A DNA stretch of 64,000 nucleotides from an uncultured Planctomycetota bacterium. Lineage in GTDB: Bacteria > Planctomycetota > Planctomycetia > Gemmatales > Gemmataceae. Under the pieces are notes generated by a model. It did no database searches, was not told the origin of the DNA, and saw only the letters and a list, made by a program, of their open reading frames with translations. Numbering within the stretch: the stretch's first letter is position 1; every line of letters starts with the position of its first letter. The stretch spans positions 480,001 through 544,000 of the forward strand of contig CAWKHF010000002.1 of NCBI GenBank assembly GCA_963849325.1, in the 5' to 3' direction. Both the position numbers and the translations under genes were made by a program. This document shows positions 62,778-64,000 of the stretch, in pieces.

Positions 62778-63879
62778 GTGTCCGCTACCGCCAACGCCGA
62801 CCAGGTCCGCCAGGCCCGCGAAAAGCTCGATGCCCATGTCTGCGACATCGTCGCCTGGCATTTCAGCCCCGACACCGGCACGCCGTTCTGGCTCGAACGC
62901 GCCAAGTCCTTTCAGTTCAACCCGCTCAAGGACGTGCAGGGTTTCGACGACTTGAAGCTGTTCGGGCTTTTCGAGGACGAATGGCTTCGCGGCGGCCCGG
63001 TGCGGCGCTGGGTGCCCAAGGCGCTGCACAACAAGCCGACTTACGTTTTCGAGACCGGCGGCACTACCGGCATCCCCAAGAGCCGCGTCGTCCAGGACGA
63101 CTTCCGCATCGACTACGAGATGTTCAGCGACACTCTGCCGGAGAAGTATTTCCCCAGAGGGTCAAACTGGCTCATGCTCGGTCCGTCCGGCCCGCGGCGT
63201 CTGCGTCTGGCGGTCGAGCACCTCTGCCAATACCGCGGCGGCATCTGCTTCTGCGTCGATCTCGATCCGCGCTGGGTCGTCAAGCTCATCAAGAAGGGCT
63301 GGATGGAGCACCTGAAGGCGTACCAGGAGCACGTCATCGACCAGGCGCTGACGGTGCTGTCGGCCAACCACGAAATCAAGTGCATGTTCACGACGCCGAA
63401 GCTGCTCGACGCCCTGGCGACGCGGCTGGAGAAGGACGGTTCGAGCATCGCGCAAGCAGGGCATCATCGGCATCTTCTGCGGCGGCACCGAGATGACCTC
63501 GCAGTGGATTCGCTTCGCCATCGAGGAATTGCTCGGTCCCAGCGTGTACATCGCTCCTACCTACGGCAACACGCTGATGGGCCTGGCCGCGGCGGAGATG
63601 CCGACGGCGGAACAGAACTACAAGATCGCCTACTACGCTCCGCAGCCGCGCGCCGTCGTGCAGGTGGTGGACTTCAAGGATTACGACAAGGTCGTGGACT
63701 ATGGCCAGACAGGCCGGGTGATGCTGACGACGTTGACGAAGGAATTTTTCGTGCCGCGCTTCGCCGAGCGCGACGAGGGCGAGCGCGAGCCGCCCAGCGC
63801 GAAGTATCCGTGGGACGGCGTCAGCGGCGTGCGGCCGTTCCACGAATTCGCCGCGAGCACGACGGTCGGAGTGTATTGA
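62778..63879 (+). CDS. EhpF/GriC-like adenylate-forming enzyme (GTG start; frameshift near 63460; main frame missing from the ORF track)
   Basis: Translated by eye: WHFSPDTGTPFWL, VFETGGTTGIPK, VDLDPRWV, FTTPKLL, GGTE, YGNTLMG, RVMLTTL, ERD; GAGGA RBS. Confidence 0.8.
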
Positions 63880-63897
63880 CCGACGAGGAGACAAGCG

Positions 63898-64000
63898 ATG
63901 CCATCACCGTTTCCAGGGATGGACCCGTATCTGGAAGATCCCTGGATCTGGCCGGACTTCCATCTGACCTTTGCGGTTGGGCTTCGTACGGAGTTGAACC
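63898..64000 (+). CDS. DUF4058 family protein, 3'-truncated by window edge
   Basis: GAGGAG RBS, MPSPFPGMDPYLE...WPDFH. Confidence 0.85.
   Translation, partial: MPSPFPGMDPYLEDPWIWPDFHLTFAVGLRTELN

Noticed and set aside
55632-63879. Phenylacetate catabolism or phenazine biosynthesis cluster
   Set aside because: No paaA-E/G/Z or phzA-G genes nearby; the TrpG-like gene is about 39 kb away and looks housekeeping
1-64000. Long antisense and alternate-frame ORFs (e.g. 7015-8481 -, 23836-25614 -, 40149-41933 +)
   Set aside because: Shadows of recognisable genes in high-GC DNA; no family motifs

Overview
High-GC chromosomal window. Gene content (ECF sigma-WD40 fusion, DUF1501, BBP7-type barrel, DUF4058, many PQQ-like propellers) points to a Planctomycetota genome, probably Gemmataceae-like; this is inference. 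Many genes are split by single-base indels, most likely long-read consensus errors, so split ORFs were joined by eye and some boundaries are approximate. Contents in order: 3' part of uvrA with an extra duplicated C-terminal domain; a Ni/Co ECF-type uptake module with a NikR-like operator; rnc, ggt, trpG/pabA and other housekeeping genes; a redoxin trio; a possible degenerate integron-cassette remnant; a small sigma54-driven islet; an actinobacterial Sdh1-like succinate dehydrogenase operon; a heavy-metal-type RND pump whose periplasmic adaptor is fused to a complete receiver domain behind a sigma54/IHF promoter; and a ~11 kb co-oriented cluster of five exported PQQ-like beta-propellers with a PaaK-like ligase and an EhpF/GriC-like adenylating enzyme. 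Intergenic DNA carries several families of REP-like palindromes and heptamer-tandem hairpins, some inside coding sequence. No rRNA, tRNA, CRISPR array, integrase or transposase was seen. Best candidates for undescribed systems: the receiver-adaptor RND pump, the propeller/adenylation cluster, and a 33-aa highly basic peptide upstream of rnc.
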